Assembly: GCA_004022145.1 (NCBI GenBank) | Contig: RCNU01000001.1 | Strand: one strand, 5' to 3' | Origin: Paecilomyces variotii | Lineage: Eukaryota | DNA length: 64,000 nucleotides | Shown here: positions 1 to 13,300 of the stretch, in pieces | Layout of the letters: each line of letters starts with the position of its first letter | Position numbering within the stretch: the stretch's first letter is position 1 | Translations under genes and position numbers: made by a program | Notes under the pieces: model-generated | Told to the model about the DNA's origin: nothing | Databases searched by the model: none | What the model saw: only the letters and a program-made list of their open reading frames with translations

Positions 1-298
1 ATTTACGCAGGATGTATGGAGTACTTCTTGGGCTCAGATAGGTTTGTTTATTTATATGCCGTTTAGGACATGGCTTCATAGAATCGCATCATTACCGATC
101 AATTATATTTATCCGTGGTAAAATTAAATTTCAGGAACGTAAAAACATACGAAGTCAAAGCCTTCTGACACTTCGCAATAAAAGATTATACTTAGTGACC
201 TGATAGATAATATAATAAAAACAATGTAGTAGTAATCGTACTAACATAGTTAACAGTAAGATAGAATTGACAAACAAAAAAAAAAGAGCAAAAAGTTA

Positions 299-407
299 TG
301 ACAAGGGTGGGATTCGAACCCACGCCTCTTGCGAGAAATGAAACCCCTTGTTCAGGGAAGCTTCTGAAGCTTGAGTCATTCGCCTTAGACCACTCGGCCA
401 CCTTGCC
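299..407 (-). tRNA. tRNA-Leu(CAA) with 27-nt intron (343-369)
   Basis: Reverse complement folds as a tRNA: acceptor GGCAAGG/CCTTGTC+A, D-arm GCCGAGTGGTCTAAGGC, anticodon stem AATGA/TCATT with CT-CAA-G, intron after position 37, long variable arm (TCTCGCAAGAG), T-loop GGTTCGAATCC. T-runs downstream (plus-strand A-runs ~277-294) fit a Pol III terminator. Confidence 0.97.
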
Positions 408-662
408 ATTTGATATTATTCATCGATCTGACCATGACTGATATGGAGCTTTTTCCTCATGATATCAAGACCGTCATCACGGCGTGAAGCATGACTCAGG
501 AATTATAGGATGCAAATAACGACATATCTGCCGTGTGCATATCGTTCTTGGGCGATAGAAAAGAGAAACTATCGAGATAACCATTCTATAGTGTGTGAAA
601 TGTGCGATTATACCGTAGTTACAACCTTGAGAGTATGCACTTGACAACTAAAACTGAATATA

Positions 663-1008
663 CAGTAAAACCTGCCTATAACGAATCATTTTTTCCAGGC
701 AGTCTAATTCGTAGTATAGAGGATTCGTTGTATAAAAAGTGGGTCTGTATTAGTAATATACGGATTTTTAGTGAGATTTTCGAATAAATTTCCTTAATTG
801 GTAATTAATGATTAGGTAATCACTGACTAATAAGGTAAATCTGTACTTTTCTATAACGAATTGTATGGGAAAGGTCTGAAAAAATTAATGAATTTCGTAG
901 TAGGAAGGAATAACGAATTTTGTATGGGAATTTGAATTTGACACGGTGTCAAATTCGTTGTGTAGAGGAATTCGTTATATGCGGTATCGTTATAAAAAGG
1001 TTTTACTG
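663..1008. mobile_element. Non-autonomous Tc1/mariner/pogo-type MITE (346 bp) with TA target-site duplication
   Basis: Left end TA|CAGTAAAACCTGCCTATAACGA; right end reverse complement TA|CAGTAAAACCTTTTTATAACGA. TA at 661-662 and 1009-1010. AT-rich interior with repeated (T)ATAACGAA(TT) motifs in both orientations and no transposase ORF. Confidence 0.88.
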
Positions 1009-2468
1009 TATTATTATTGGTCAGTTAACTATGTTGATGGCCCCCTGATTATCTAATCTAGCCTCGCCTGTCCCATTTGTGGACTAGCGTGAGCCCAATG
1101 TTTTGGTCGTCCGATTGTCATAATAATAAGAATAAAAGAATAACAACATGATTCTTCGTTCTCAATAAAGACACAGCAAGTAACTCAGAAGTCCTGTATT
1201 CGAATGCTACATACTTACCCCCCCATGTCGGGCATCTGCAGAAGTGATGAGGGGTTGGAATGGAGGGGGAAGGGGACTAGAGACGACGCGCCTCCAATAA
1301 TGATCTGCTGAGATGCCACGTCGGCAGTATCAGAGTATTCTCTGTCCTGTATCGCTGGAAGTATCTGACGATCTCGTATATCTCAGCCATTGTATGTACA
1401 TACATAGGTATATATGGCCTTCTCCTCCAGGAGTACTGTCACCGGGACACGAGTATCAAGTCGCGATAGACGTTAACGAGCTTCATCCGAACCTCTCGAT
1501 CCTTGTACGCACCCTGAACTCCTGGGCTCCACCGTTCTGAACGTTGGCCTCATCTGCAATCTCCATCGCAGTTCTTCTGGAGCCACGCGGGCGACCGGCG
1601 TGCTCGACGGACTGTTTTGGCGTCGCCGCGATCGTCCCGAGGCGCGCGCTGGTTGGCCTCGAACAGAGAAACACAACGTTCGTTGGATCGTCGCATCTCC
1701 GCCTGTTGTCCGAGCTCCTTGCTCACCTTCTCCTTCCACCCCCTCCTCTTTTTTCTTTGCTGCGTGTTCCCCTGCCGGGTGTTTCGTCCATCGTCATCGC
1801 TGCTTTCTGTTTGTTCTCATCAACGATTCCGATCTCATCGATCGAGCCCCGGGCGACAACGTGGACCCTTGATCTCTCCCGCTCGTGTCCTGTCCGTGCG
1901 AATTGCAAACACGGGGCTGAACCGGCTTCTCTTTTTCTCGAACGGCCCAATCTCCGGACGTTGGACGGGCTCGGAGGCTCTGGAGCTTGGGTGACAAGTG
2001 AGCTGGCAAGTCTGGTGAGTTCTGGCTGCAACCTCCGCAATGACGATGGAAACACTGCAGGACAAGGCAGCGACTCCCATCGTGCTGCAACGCCCGTCAA
2101 GAAGCGACGGCCCAAAGGTAGTTGCCTCAGGGGCCTGTCGTCCTCGTTGGATTCTTCCAGCAGAGGATGTCAGCTTGTTGGAGCTTTCAGGCTGCCCGCA
2201 TCGAGGAGTGTTCAGCTGACTGCGGGCAATGTTTATATACTATGCCGCAGTGGTTACCAGCAGCTGATTGTCCTTGACCATCGTCAATACTACTGTTGCT
2301 TCAATAGTCTATTATATTTCGTTACGGCCAAGTAGCTAATATCAAGTCTTGACCAGAATACCGCTTTTGCTTCCCCAGTCTCTTCTCACCCCGGTGCCTG
2401 CTTCCTCAGGCAGTTGATATCCCGCATACACCAGTAGAGCAATTAATTCTCTGCTCTTCTTGGACACC

Positions 2469-5400
2469 ATGGCCTCTACGGAAGAACCGGTTGTGCCGAC
2501 TGAGGCTCCTTCGGACCCCGTCCCTGCTATGGAGCCGGTTTCTGAGGATGCTCCCCCAGCGACCCCAGTTGAGTCAACCGTTTTCTCAGGTGAGGAATCG
2601 AAGTCCAGCCCGGAGGCTGCGAAGGAAAAGCTCGGTGATTCGCCTGCGAAGCAGAGTCCCACCACCGCGACTAAGAGACCGACTTCTGGGACGACTACCA
2701 CCAAGCGCCCCGTAGGGTCTACAACCACGAAGTCATCGCCGACGACCAAGACAACCAATGGCACCACGCTCAGCAAACCACCCACTCGTCCTACTACAAC
2801 GTCAACCGTCCGCAGAGCTCCCTCGACTGTCTCCACCACTGCATCACATAGGTCTCGAGCGTCGGTGAGCAGCTCAGCCGATGAGAAGACCAGGTATGTG
2901 GCCAGTTCTGGCGACGAGAAAAAAGGTATCTCTGGCGCTGCTAAGAGGATGTCTCTGGTTGGCACGGCGTCATCCAGGGCCCCTGCGAAGCCGACTACGT
3001 CCATGGCGGATCGCAGATCGAGTGTGGCCGCTCCTAGCGCGGAGAAGAAGACACTGTCTTCTCGGCCCAGTAGCATCAGCTCGAAGCCAATAACGAAGCC
3101 GACCACAACCACCACTCGTCCCGGCAGCACCACTGCGACTTCAAGGACACCGACGACTACGAAACCAACGTCAAGTACCGCCAGAACATCGACGACCGCT
3201 GATCCCAAGAAGAGACTCAGCACCGTGAGTGCATCTACGCTCAACAAGGCTGCCCCGGATGCAGCACAAGCTGAAAAGCTCCGGTCGTTACAGGCGAAGC
3301 TGGAGGAAAGTGAAGCTACCATTGCCAGTCTCAAGGCAGAGCTCGAGGTCGCAACCGAGAAGATAGCGACCTTCTCGAAGTCGGCTGAGGAGGGTGCACC
3401 TCAGGGAGAATCTTCAACAGATGAACTTGTGGCAGAGCACGCTGCTAAGATGGAGAAGTTGGCCGCTGACCATGCTGAAGAGCTGCGTGCCCTGCAGTCG
3501 AAGCTGGAAGAGGCGGAAACGAAACACAAAGAATTGGAAGAGAAGTCACTGCAAGACCTCGATGATGCGAAGAAGCTAGCTGGAGAACAGGGCGACTCCA
3601 AGACTGCCGAACTACTGGAGGAGCTGAAGACTTCCCACAAGGAGCAGCTTGAGAAGCTGGAAAAAGAATTGGCGGAGCAGAGGACCGCCGCGGCAGAAGC
3701 TGCGGAGCAGGTTGCGCGCCTCACGGAGGAACTGACTGTTCTGAAGATTGATTCCGAAAATGCAACGAAGAGTGCCCAGGAACACGAGGAAAGCGCTCTA
3801 GAGAGTCTGCAACGGGAGCTGAAGGGCCGTGATCAAGTCATCGATAACCTGGAAACCGAAAACAAGAAGTTGGCAGAGTCTAAGGCTCAGGAACTCGAGG
3901 AAGCTAGGTCTTCTGCCTCTGCTCTCGAGGAAAAGATCACCGCCCTGGAAGCCAAACTGGCTGAGGCGGAGGCGACCACCCAGCAAGGCTCGGACGAGAC
4001 AAGCAAGCAGCTGGCGGAGAAGGAGACTGAGCTGACAAGCTTGCGTGAGACAGTCGATAAGCTCCAGGATGAGATCAAGAAGATCCACGAGGAGAAGTCT
4101 GACGAACTCCGTGAGAAGACGAGAGACCTCGAGCTCGCTCATGAAAAGGCTATCGCTGACCTTAAGGCGGAACACGAGAGCTCCAACACTGCTTTGGCAG
4201 CTACCCACGAGCAGCAGTTGCAGGAGCTTCGCGATGCTCTTAGCGGATCAACAGAATCTTCTAAGAAGGAAGCTGACGAAGCTCTCGAGGCTATCAAGGC
4301 CACTCATGCTGCGGATGTCCAGGCTTTGGAGGAGAAGCTCACTGCTGCGGAGCAGGCCTTGGCGGATGCGAAGCAGGCACTCGAGGACAGCAACCAGTCC
4401 GTTCAGACCGCTGCTGATCAGGAAATCAATGACCTCAAGGAGAAGATCGGTTCTCTGGAGAATCTACTTAGCGCGGAACAAACCAACATCAAGGCCCTCC
4501 AGGCAGATCTACTGAACAGACAGGAACAGGTCGGTGAGCTTCAGAAGGGACTGGAGGCACTGGATACGGATACGAAGGGCAAGGACCAGGAACACGAAGC
4601 CGCAATGGAAAAGTTGCGGGAAGATGCCGCCGCCATTGCCAAGTCGCTCGAAGAGCAGTTGCAGGAAGCCAACGCTACTGTGGAGAAGCACGTACAGGCT
4701 CTCGAGACTGTGAAGGCTGAACATGCCGCCGAGCTCGAGAAACTGAAGACCGAGCTTTCGGGATCCCACGAGACTGCCTTGAAGGAGCTCCAGGCTAAGC
4801 ACGACGAAATGCTCTCTGCGCAAAGTGACCTTGAATCGGGACATGCCCAGCAGGTTGAGACTCTGCAGGCCGAACTGAAGGCTGCCCAGGAGGGTCACGC
4901 CGCGGAGATTGCTTCGTTGACTGAGTCGCATGAGAAGGCCATTGCAGACTTGAAGCAGGAGCTGGAGACGCAGAGCTCGAAGGCTGCACAGCTCGATGCT
5001 GACCACAGTAAGGTGATCGAAGAGCTCCTTGGCACACAGGAGGAGAAATTCTCCAATTTGAGGAATGAACTCGAGACATCGCACAATGACAAGCTGGCTG
5101 CTCTTCAGCAGTCCCACGATGCGACTGTCGCAGAACTGAACGAGCAACTTACCCAGGCTAAGACTGCAGCGGCAGACACTTCCGTGGTTGATGAACTGAA
5201 GAAGCAAATTACGGATCTCGAGGAAAAGCTCGTCAATGCTGAAAAGGCCGCAGCAGCTGCGGAGGATGTCTCCACGAAGCATATCACCGAGATCAGCGAT
5301 CTTCAGAAGGAAAAGAGCGATCTCGAGGAGAAATACCAGGCAGCCGCTTCACAACTCGAAGACCTTCAGAAGGTTGTTGCCGACCAGCAAGCGGCCAAAT

Positions 5401-6186
5401 CGGAACTAGCGGTTGTTTCAAAGCAGTTGGCCGAGGTTCAGGAAGAGCTTAGCCAGCTCAAGGCAGCGAACGAGAAGACGATTGCTGAGTTGGAAGAGGC
5501 CAAGTCCCAAAACCGCGAAATGGCCGACAAGGTCTCTGAGGGCGAGAAGCACCTCAATGACCAAATTGATAAGAACATGTCATTGCTCGAGCAGTTGGGA
5601 GAGGTCGACTCCGCCATCTCTAATAGTCGGAAGCGTGTGCGTGAGCTCGAGGCGGAGCTTGCGGCCCTCAAGAAGGACGATGTGAAGTCCAACGGTCTGG
5701 AGGCTAGTCGATGGGCAGCTCCCAGCGACGCGAATGGGGAAGACGCTGGTCCAGCCACAACGGAAGGTGAGGACCTTGGTTCTTCTATTGAAGGAACGGT
5801 GGGCTAGCCCCATTTTATGTCATCGTATCCTTTTCCTATGTCAAGCCTTGCCCATAGAGACCTATACCCATCTTCGTACTATTGATAACTTCCTCTTTCG
5901 AACGTTTTACTGATTGATGTCATCAGATGGCGAGCATTCAGGAGCAGCTTAAACAGATCCAATCCGCCAATGAAGACTGGTGTGACGAGCATAGACAGTA
6001 AGCATACACTCCTATTGACCGTTTGTAAATCACTAACCTTATTGTAGGATTGTCAATGATCTCGCCCAAGTCTCTGAAAAGACTTCATCGGAGACGGGGC
6101 AGCGCTCTCCCAACCCTGAATCTGGCAGTCTTGGTTCTCTTGGAGGACAGGACCCTGCTGGCACTCAGGAAGAGATCGCATCGTAA
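2469..6186 (+). CDS. Large uncharacterised coiled-coil protein (~1180 aa) with Ser/Thr/Pro/Lys-rich N-terminus; exons 2469-5798, 5927-5997, 6048-6186
   Basis: 1115-codon ORF with Glu/Ala/Leu/Lys heptad composition after ~aa 270; first ATG at 2469 (CACCATGG). Two GT-AG introns with branch sites restore the frame (…IEGT|MASIQEQL…HRQ|IVNDLAQ…IAS*). Confidence 0.85.
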
Positions 6187-7349
6187 TCGACTTTTGATAT
6201 CTCGTTGTAGTTTATGCTGGATTGTGCCACGGGTGAACGTCCGTTTTCTTGGCCCTGTTGGATATGTGTACATCCCTCTTTGTGCATTGGCTATGCTCTG
6301 TGTATATTGTATGGCGCTCGGGATACCCTCAACGCTCCTGTCTTGGGAAGTGTCGTCGCCTCGTTTCCTTATTTTTCGGTTATTACCCCTTTTCTTATAT
6401 ATTTTATTAGTTCATTATTCTCAGTACTATTCCCCATCCGTTTTCATTATCCAGTGATTGCGCCTTTTCATATGTTTCTCTGCTGGCAGCTGGCGGTAGT
6501 TTGACTGATCAACACGTGAGATGGAAATGAATGAAGTATTAATGTGCCATTGTTTCTCACACTCATGTAATTATTCCACACAATAATAACTGGTGTAAGG
6601 ATATTGTATGATTTTCATACTGCATGAACCAACCAGGTCCCTTCGTATAGATATTTTTAGCTGCCGGACTCCGCGGAATGACGTCACCGTAGAATCAACA
6701 GTGATCAGTGTCGACTGTGATAACAACAATAATAATACCAACGTTTACATAAGTTTAAATAGGATCGATTCTAACCTTAGGCAAGAACAGAGACTGAAAT
6801 CAATATCTTCATAAAGTTCGTGCTAGATCAATGGATACCCAATCAAGTGGAGGGTCGGAATCGATCTGAGCTCATGTCCCTTGTCTGATATAGGAAAACG
6901 GGGCCAGTAATATGGATAGATAACAGTATCATTCCTCTTTATGAAAAGAAAAATTGCTGTGTATATAGTTCCTCGCGTGACTCTTTTACTAGTAGCATCG
7001 AGTGGGGAAGGACCAGTAAGTAAGCGCTAATGGCAAATTAATTTAAAACTTCGAGGAGAAGAGACCCACGTTTGTTTCGTTTCGAATTTGCAATGTTATG
7101 AATGTGATTGGAACAAGTAGAGATTTAGGTCTTGTCAGATCGGATCGAATATATGGGACTCTGAAGGGACGCTCTTGATTTGATATATGCATATTGATAG
7201 ATAGCTCTTGCCTGTAATACGTAGTTGAAGCGTCAGCTCTGCAGGAAGCCATTCGACATAGATATATGGTATACTGTAGAGCTAGATATTCTATTAGTGA
7301 ATGATATGTGGTAAATTTGCGAAGAGAAAGAAGAGCACGTGTGTTTAGG

Positions 7350-10300
7350 GATAATGGTCCTCAAGACTACTCAGGAAGAAAGAGAAGTATTGGATGCCAT
7401 TGATTCCCTAAGCGCTTATGCTAAGTTGATCAGCCTTCCTGCTATCGTAGCTACTGCAAGCTCTTTGCGAACTATCCCCGAATGGTCGCGGACAAGCTCT
7501 CAATTTTGAGTCCTGAAGTCATTTCATGAGCCTTACGGCCTCCTGACTGACTCGCAACCGGAAACCGTTGTATCAGACCAATGGGGCCGGGCATTTCTTT
7601 TCGAGAACATCGGACTGATTTTGGGAATCTTATTGGATAGGAGCTTTTTTTTTGACCGGGAGATCTACTCACCGCTCCATAGAAAATCACAGTGGAGTCG
7701 ATCACCCCGGACACATCGAGGATGCTTTCCCCTAAAGGGTAGAGCTATGACGACCTGTCTCCTGGAAACTCACGCTTGGTAGAAGCTAGCGTAAAACCTC
7801 GTATCTATTTTTGGCCGCTGACCTTTCAAAACAAATGCCAGTACAGAGTGAAGCAAAGCTTCTGTCTCTCGGAATCCAGAAGTTGAAAGGTCGCCGCCGG
7901 TTTTCAAGTAGAGCCGTATTCGGTGCTGTTTTGAGTACGTTCAGTAAGGTTATTTCAGTTGGGATGAATGACGAAAAGAGGGATTCAACAGACTGCCATC
8001 AGATTCCATCAGCATCGGTTATGTAGGTCGAAGATTTAGTGGTTATTTGTGATCCTAGCAGCGTTTCAGACCGAAGCTTCATAGAGTAAGGAGTAGCGAT
8101 CTCTTTTCTCCGTGTGTACTCCGTACTGTGCGCGGCTGCCTGACTAGTTAGTCTCCCTTGTCCAGTGCTGTGACATGAATCCATTCCGGTTGGGAGTTCC
8201 TTGGGCACATTGCTTTCATTTTGACAGAGCATGGGCATATAAGCAGGATCGTTGATTTCTGGGAAGTCATCCGTATTCCCTGAGCCTTCTCAACGAGCCT
8301 CGATATCCAAAAGATCCAGATACCAGACTGTTATATCGATTTCTTCTGCTGCCCTGATACAACCGCAGCGTCTTGGAGTTGCCGATTTTCAATAACTGGC
8401 CGAAGGCTTTCATGCCACCGTGAATCAAGACCGTTGCATTAAACAAGCCTCTTGTTGACAAACCCGGGTCCAAACACCATCGCCGATGGTCAAGGTGCCA
8501 GAGAAATATATCATCTTTTCGGCAGTGAGTGTGGACCAGTGCTTGCACTCTCAACATGGCACGGTTAAAATGGGCAGCTGACATGAGGAATATAAGAGCA
8601 ACGAATAGAACAAACAACAATAGACGACCGAAGTACCATTAACCGGTCATCCGATAAATAATCCGGAAGTGGTCTTTAACAGACGCGAAGAGAGACAGAC
8701 TAGTAAATAACGAGTCGGCAGCAACGATGTCGCCGGAGAGCAACAAGGAGATACCTCCCACTGTCCGGGACAAAAAAGAAAAGGGGAAAAGATATAGCAT
8801 TGAGCATCGGCAGGTAGCAAAACGAGAGAAGCGGCCAACAACAGAAACGCCTCAAAACGGCACAGGGGGAGAACCAGAGCAGGAAGTGAGGCAATCATGC
8901 TGTGCGATGATGTGAAATGGACAATCTTGTATGTAGGTCTTTGGTCATGATCCCGAGGGAAGAAAATCGAGGTATGCATACTTTCTTATGGCTTTTGGAC
9001 CTTGGATAGAAATGTCAGAAGATGTACTTAATATTTTGCGTTCAGCATGACGCTACATACCTCTTGATAACTTTCCATAATGTTTTGATGACCTTTCAAA
9101 ATTGTTGCAATCGGTGTATATACGCTTCCTGATGCCAACCTGACAGTGTCCGATCCAAACAGTAACTGACAGACTATTCAGGTTATAACTAAGTCGACCG
9201 GCTTTTCGATTTCCTTTTCTCGTTCTTAGTTATCGCTGATATAGGTGATGTGTAAGCAGATGGTCTAGGGTGATCTTCGGCTAGACCCTTGGTAGGTGGG
9301 TTTACATTGACTGTATTGGTCGCAGCGTCAATCGTCCTTGCAGAGGCCAATGCGAGACATAATCTGTGGTCGATTCCTTGGCTTGCATTGGGATAGGCTG
9401 GATTTTGCGGAAAGTGTTGAAGAGATCCAGTAACCACCGGCACGAATCAGGATATCGTCACCTATGTTGGTGAGCGTATGCCCACCAGACCCTCAGTGAG
9501 CGCAAGAGTTCCTGCGAACAGATGCATAGCTTTCTCCCTAGGAAACAATATTCAGTCAAGAATGAGGTTTGTCAGTGCTGTTTCAGAAGCTAGATCCGCT
9601 TGACCGAATCCCCACTCCAATTTATCCAACGCAAAACATGTGATCTACTGTGCGGAAATATAGACAGACAGGATAAGATGCTGATGGATTACTGGACCTA
9701 ATCATCCGGTGCACGGTCGCACCTGCTGCATGATTTTTCCTGAAGAATTTAAATAATTAAAATGTGAATATCTTAATGCCAAATTGATTAAATTAGTAGT
9801 CATTTAAATAGGGTATTTTAGACGCCTGAAAATATTATATAAGCTATTTAATAATATCCTGATACTGTTAGAAGGGTTATATCTGCTGTCTGCTTTTAGT
9901 AGTAGGAAGAGGACCCTTTTTAGCTTTAACTTTTAGTAGAGTATTATTTTAATCTTTTTTTTTTATTATAGTAGGCCGGGAGGTCTTTTTAGGGCTCTTA
10001 TTAGCCTATTTAATATTATTTTAAAATTATATAGCAGCTAATTATTCTGCAATTTAATTCTTTTTTTAGTATTATTTCTTAGTCTATTATTTAGCTTAGA
10101 TTTAAATCTTTTTTAGGTAAGCAGCTTTATAATTTTAACGCCTTTTTTTTAATATATATTCCTTTTCTATTTTAGCTTTTTTATAATATTATTTAGCTTC
10201 CTGCTTATAAGCTATAATAATTTATATAGCCTCCTCCTTTTTTATTTAGGCGATTTATACCTTTTTAACTTTAATAGGGCTATAAAATATAGTATTATTA

Positions 10301-13300
10301 TATTTTAGAGGTCTAGAGGGTAAAGGGAGAGGTTTACTATAATTATTCTATTTTTTCCTTTCTTATATAAGAGTATTTATAAGCCTAAAATTTTTTATTT
10401 TAAGTAGATTATTCTCTGCCACTAGCATAGTATAATTATTATAAAATTTAATAAATTTCTATAACTTTGCGTTATAAGTAATATTAACCACTTAATTAAT
10501 CCTTTTATAAAAGTTCTTCTAGTCTATATATATAAGCTTAGAGGCTGTAAACTTATTAAAGAAAGGTTTTAAGTTATTCTTTTTAATAAAATAGGAGATT
10601 ATAATTAAAAGATTAAATAGATAAATACCTATATTTCTAAACCTACTGTTGATATTCTTTTTTATAAAAATAATATCTTATGCTTTTTAAAATAGGCGGA
10701 AGAAATCCTGTTTATTAATTAAAGAGAATCCCTAGTATTTATATATAAACTTCTCTAATTTATTATTATATACCTTTGCTAGCAGACTAAATAAACTAAT
10801 ATTAAGTAGCTATAGGGTATATATTATATAAGGAGAAAAGTAAACTAATAGGATCCTATTATAATTATAATAGTTAATAAACTTTAGTATAAGATAAGAT
10901 CTATAATTGTCGATTATAAGGAGTTTATAGAATCTCTTTACCTTTAGTTTAGTCTTGTAGTTAAATACCCTAGTTAGCTAAGTATATCTAAGCTTATTAT
11001 TTATCTATCTATTAGATAAGGAGGTAAAAAAGTAATTATATTTATTGGGATTAAAGTCTTGAAGCTAATAATTATATATATTATTACCTATTGTTTTATA
11101 GATTAATCCTAGGGATAGAGTAGTATTATTAATATAAATATAGATAAATATAATAATCTATTTATAAGATCTAGATTAAATCTTTTATCTAGCCTATCTT
11201 TATTCCTATTAGTAATAAAAGAATATCTTTTTATCTTTCTATATAATACCTATTATAAACCCCTTCTTATTTATATTATATATATTGCAAGGCTTAATAT
11301 TATATTTATTTAACTTAATCCCTAGACTAATAAATTAGTCTTAATATTTTAAAATAAAATTAGCTCGCTTGCGGGAGATATTAATGCTAATTAAATATAA
11401 TACTTAAAGTTTGCTATAATAGCGTTTTTAAAATTATATAGGCTAAGCTTATTTTAGCTTTTACCTATAGATCTCTTTAATAAAATTCTATAATATCTTA
11501 TTTAATAAAAGTAGACCTTATTTAATTAGTTTATTAATTTTTTTAATAAGCTGAGCTTTTTAGGCGTTATTTAGCAGGCGTTAATCTTTATATTGCTTTA
11601 CTTAAGAATTTATAATATTATAATATCTTTAGGATAAGGTCGACCGGTTATAACTATATTTTTTTATAATTTTTATATAATTAGGCTTTTCTCTAAGATC
11701 TAGCGACTTTAACTCTTTAAGAGCTAATAAAATAGGGTCTATTTTAATGATTTGGTGAGTGGTTGAATAAAATTCAGTGTAGTAAAATTTGGAGGGGAAA
11801 ATTGTGCATCAGGTGCGACCGTGCACCGGTTGATTAGGTCCAGTAGCCGAGGCATACATCAGTGGATGCTTCAATAGCCTCATCCCTCACGATGTGCGAC
11901 ACGGGAGGCTCAGTAAAAGACGCCGCACTAGCTTCATCTTCGCTGGCTGTCATACAGATTCCTGCCGTCTCAGCATGTTCCGCAACCAACCATCCCTCGT
12001 TATGGATATCCCACGATAGTCGGTCAAAAATGCAGATGGATTGACAGTTGTCTTCTGCTTCAAAGAATCAAAATAAAATTCCTTGTCAGCAATGCCCGAT
12101 TGCCTCGTCAATTTGGACCTCACCGCTGTGTGGACTGCACGATAACGAGTTGGAGGAAATGCGAATGAGGCGAAGGTGCTCGTCGTATTAAGAGCAGTGG
12201 TTGGTGTTCAGCTATGACGCTTCAGACATGTGTTGGACTGGCTCCTTTCCCTGACTTCCCAGGGTTGAAGCTGAACGGCCCATCAACAGCTCTTATTGGA
12301 TGGTTCTTTGCTTCTTGGGGCTGTGTTCGTCTCTCATTTACATGGATTCATTGGAACTTCTCGAGTGGCTGCTGATAGATACGCAGCCTCCACGGGGCGC
12401 CCCGCGAGATGCCGGTCGCTTCTTCGGGCCTTCATGAAATCCTTCGAAGTCACAATATCGTATGTACTGTCTTTGACTTGTGACACTCATGTACTCGACC
12501 ACAGATCCAGCGGTGCTGCCATTAGCCTTCAATATAAGGATCATAATACTCCTATTTATGTGTCGGCATTTCTTTTCTTTGTATAGACCATAACATGGGC
12601 AATATCTGAGTTTTGCTGTATATGAAGATATGGTCTTTATTGGTTTGCATCATGTAAACCCCTAGGAAGAGGAAAACTCAATTCCAAGGTTCCTGCATCA
12701 AACAAACGCCAGTCCCTGCATTATTGATACATACCTTAGTTCCCTGACTAACTAATGTTATTAGAGGACATATAGAGTAACAATGATATATGCAAGTAAC
12801 ATCGAGCTCCCGGCAGATTTCTCGACGAACGTTTCGTGAGGTACATCTTGAGAACGAGAGATAAGCCTCAAGGATCAACGAGCAGGCAATAAAACGATTT
12901 TCGCGAGATGAATTTCACTCGTGATACAGGCACTACGAGGCAATGCTTTTCATATGCAGCCGATATTGTAAGGCTTCTACCGCAGCACGTAGAGTTCGTG
13001 AGGCGCCGCGGGGGTATTAAGTCTGCCCAGTCTCTGAAATCTGTTGACAATTAATGTCATCTATACTTATGACATAGCAAGGAGCCATAGTGAGGAGTCG
13101 ACGCACTTCCCATTGATCTTGTGACGTTCAGAGATAGCCAACATTGTTGTGGGCCGTCTTGACTGCAATTCTGTGATACATTTTCTCATAGATTGTGTTA
13201 TCGGTGCCTTCCTCGGCTGCCTTGTGTGTTTCAGACCCTGAACTCTGCCACGTCGACATATAATTACTGCCCAAACGAACCAGTTCACAGTATACGCAAC

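Noticed and set aside
192-401. 69-aa ORF
   Set aside because: It overlaps the tRNA-Leu gene and is spurious.
1211-1219. ATACTTACC matching the U1 snRNA 5' end
   Set aside because: It continues as a C-run instead of TG; no U1 stem-loops or Sm site recognised.
1544-2335. 263-codon ORF upstream of the coiled-coil gene
   Set aside because: Non-ATG start and no recognisable domain; it looks like the GC-rich promoter or 5' leader of the downstream gene.
2342-3334. Long antisense ORFs (also 4509-5282, 31546-32655, 49918-50586, 58835-59521)
   Set aside because: Shadow frames of codon-biased genes on the opposite strand; no independent motifs.
9181-9201. GGTTATAACTA-A-GTCGACCGG, a permuted match to transposon-internal GTCGACCGGTTATAACTA (~11639-11656)
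   Set aside because: Very short, and the internal copy partly results from RIP changes; most likely coincidence.
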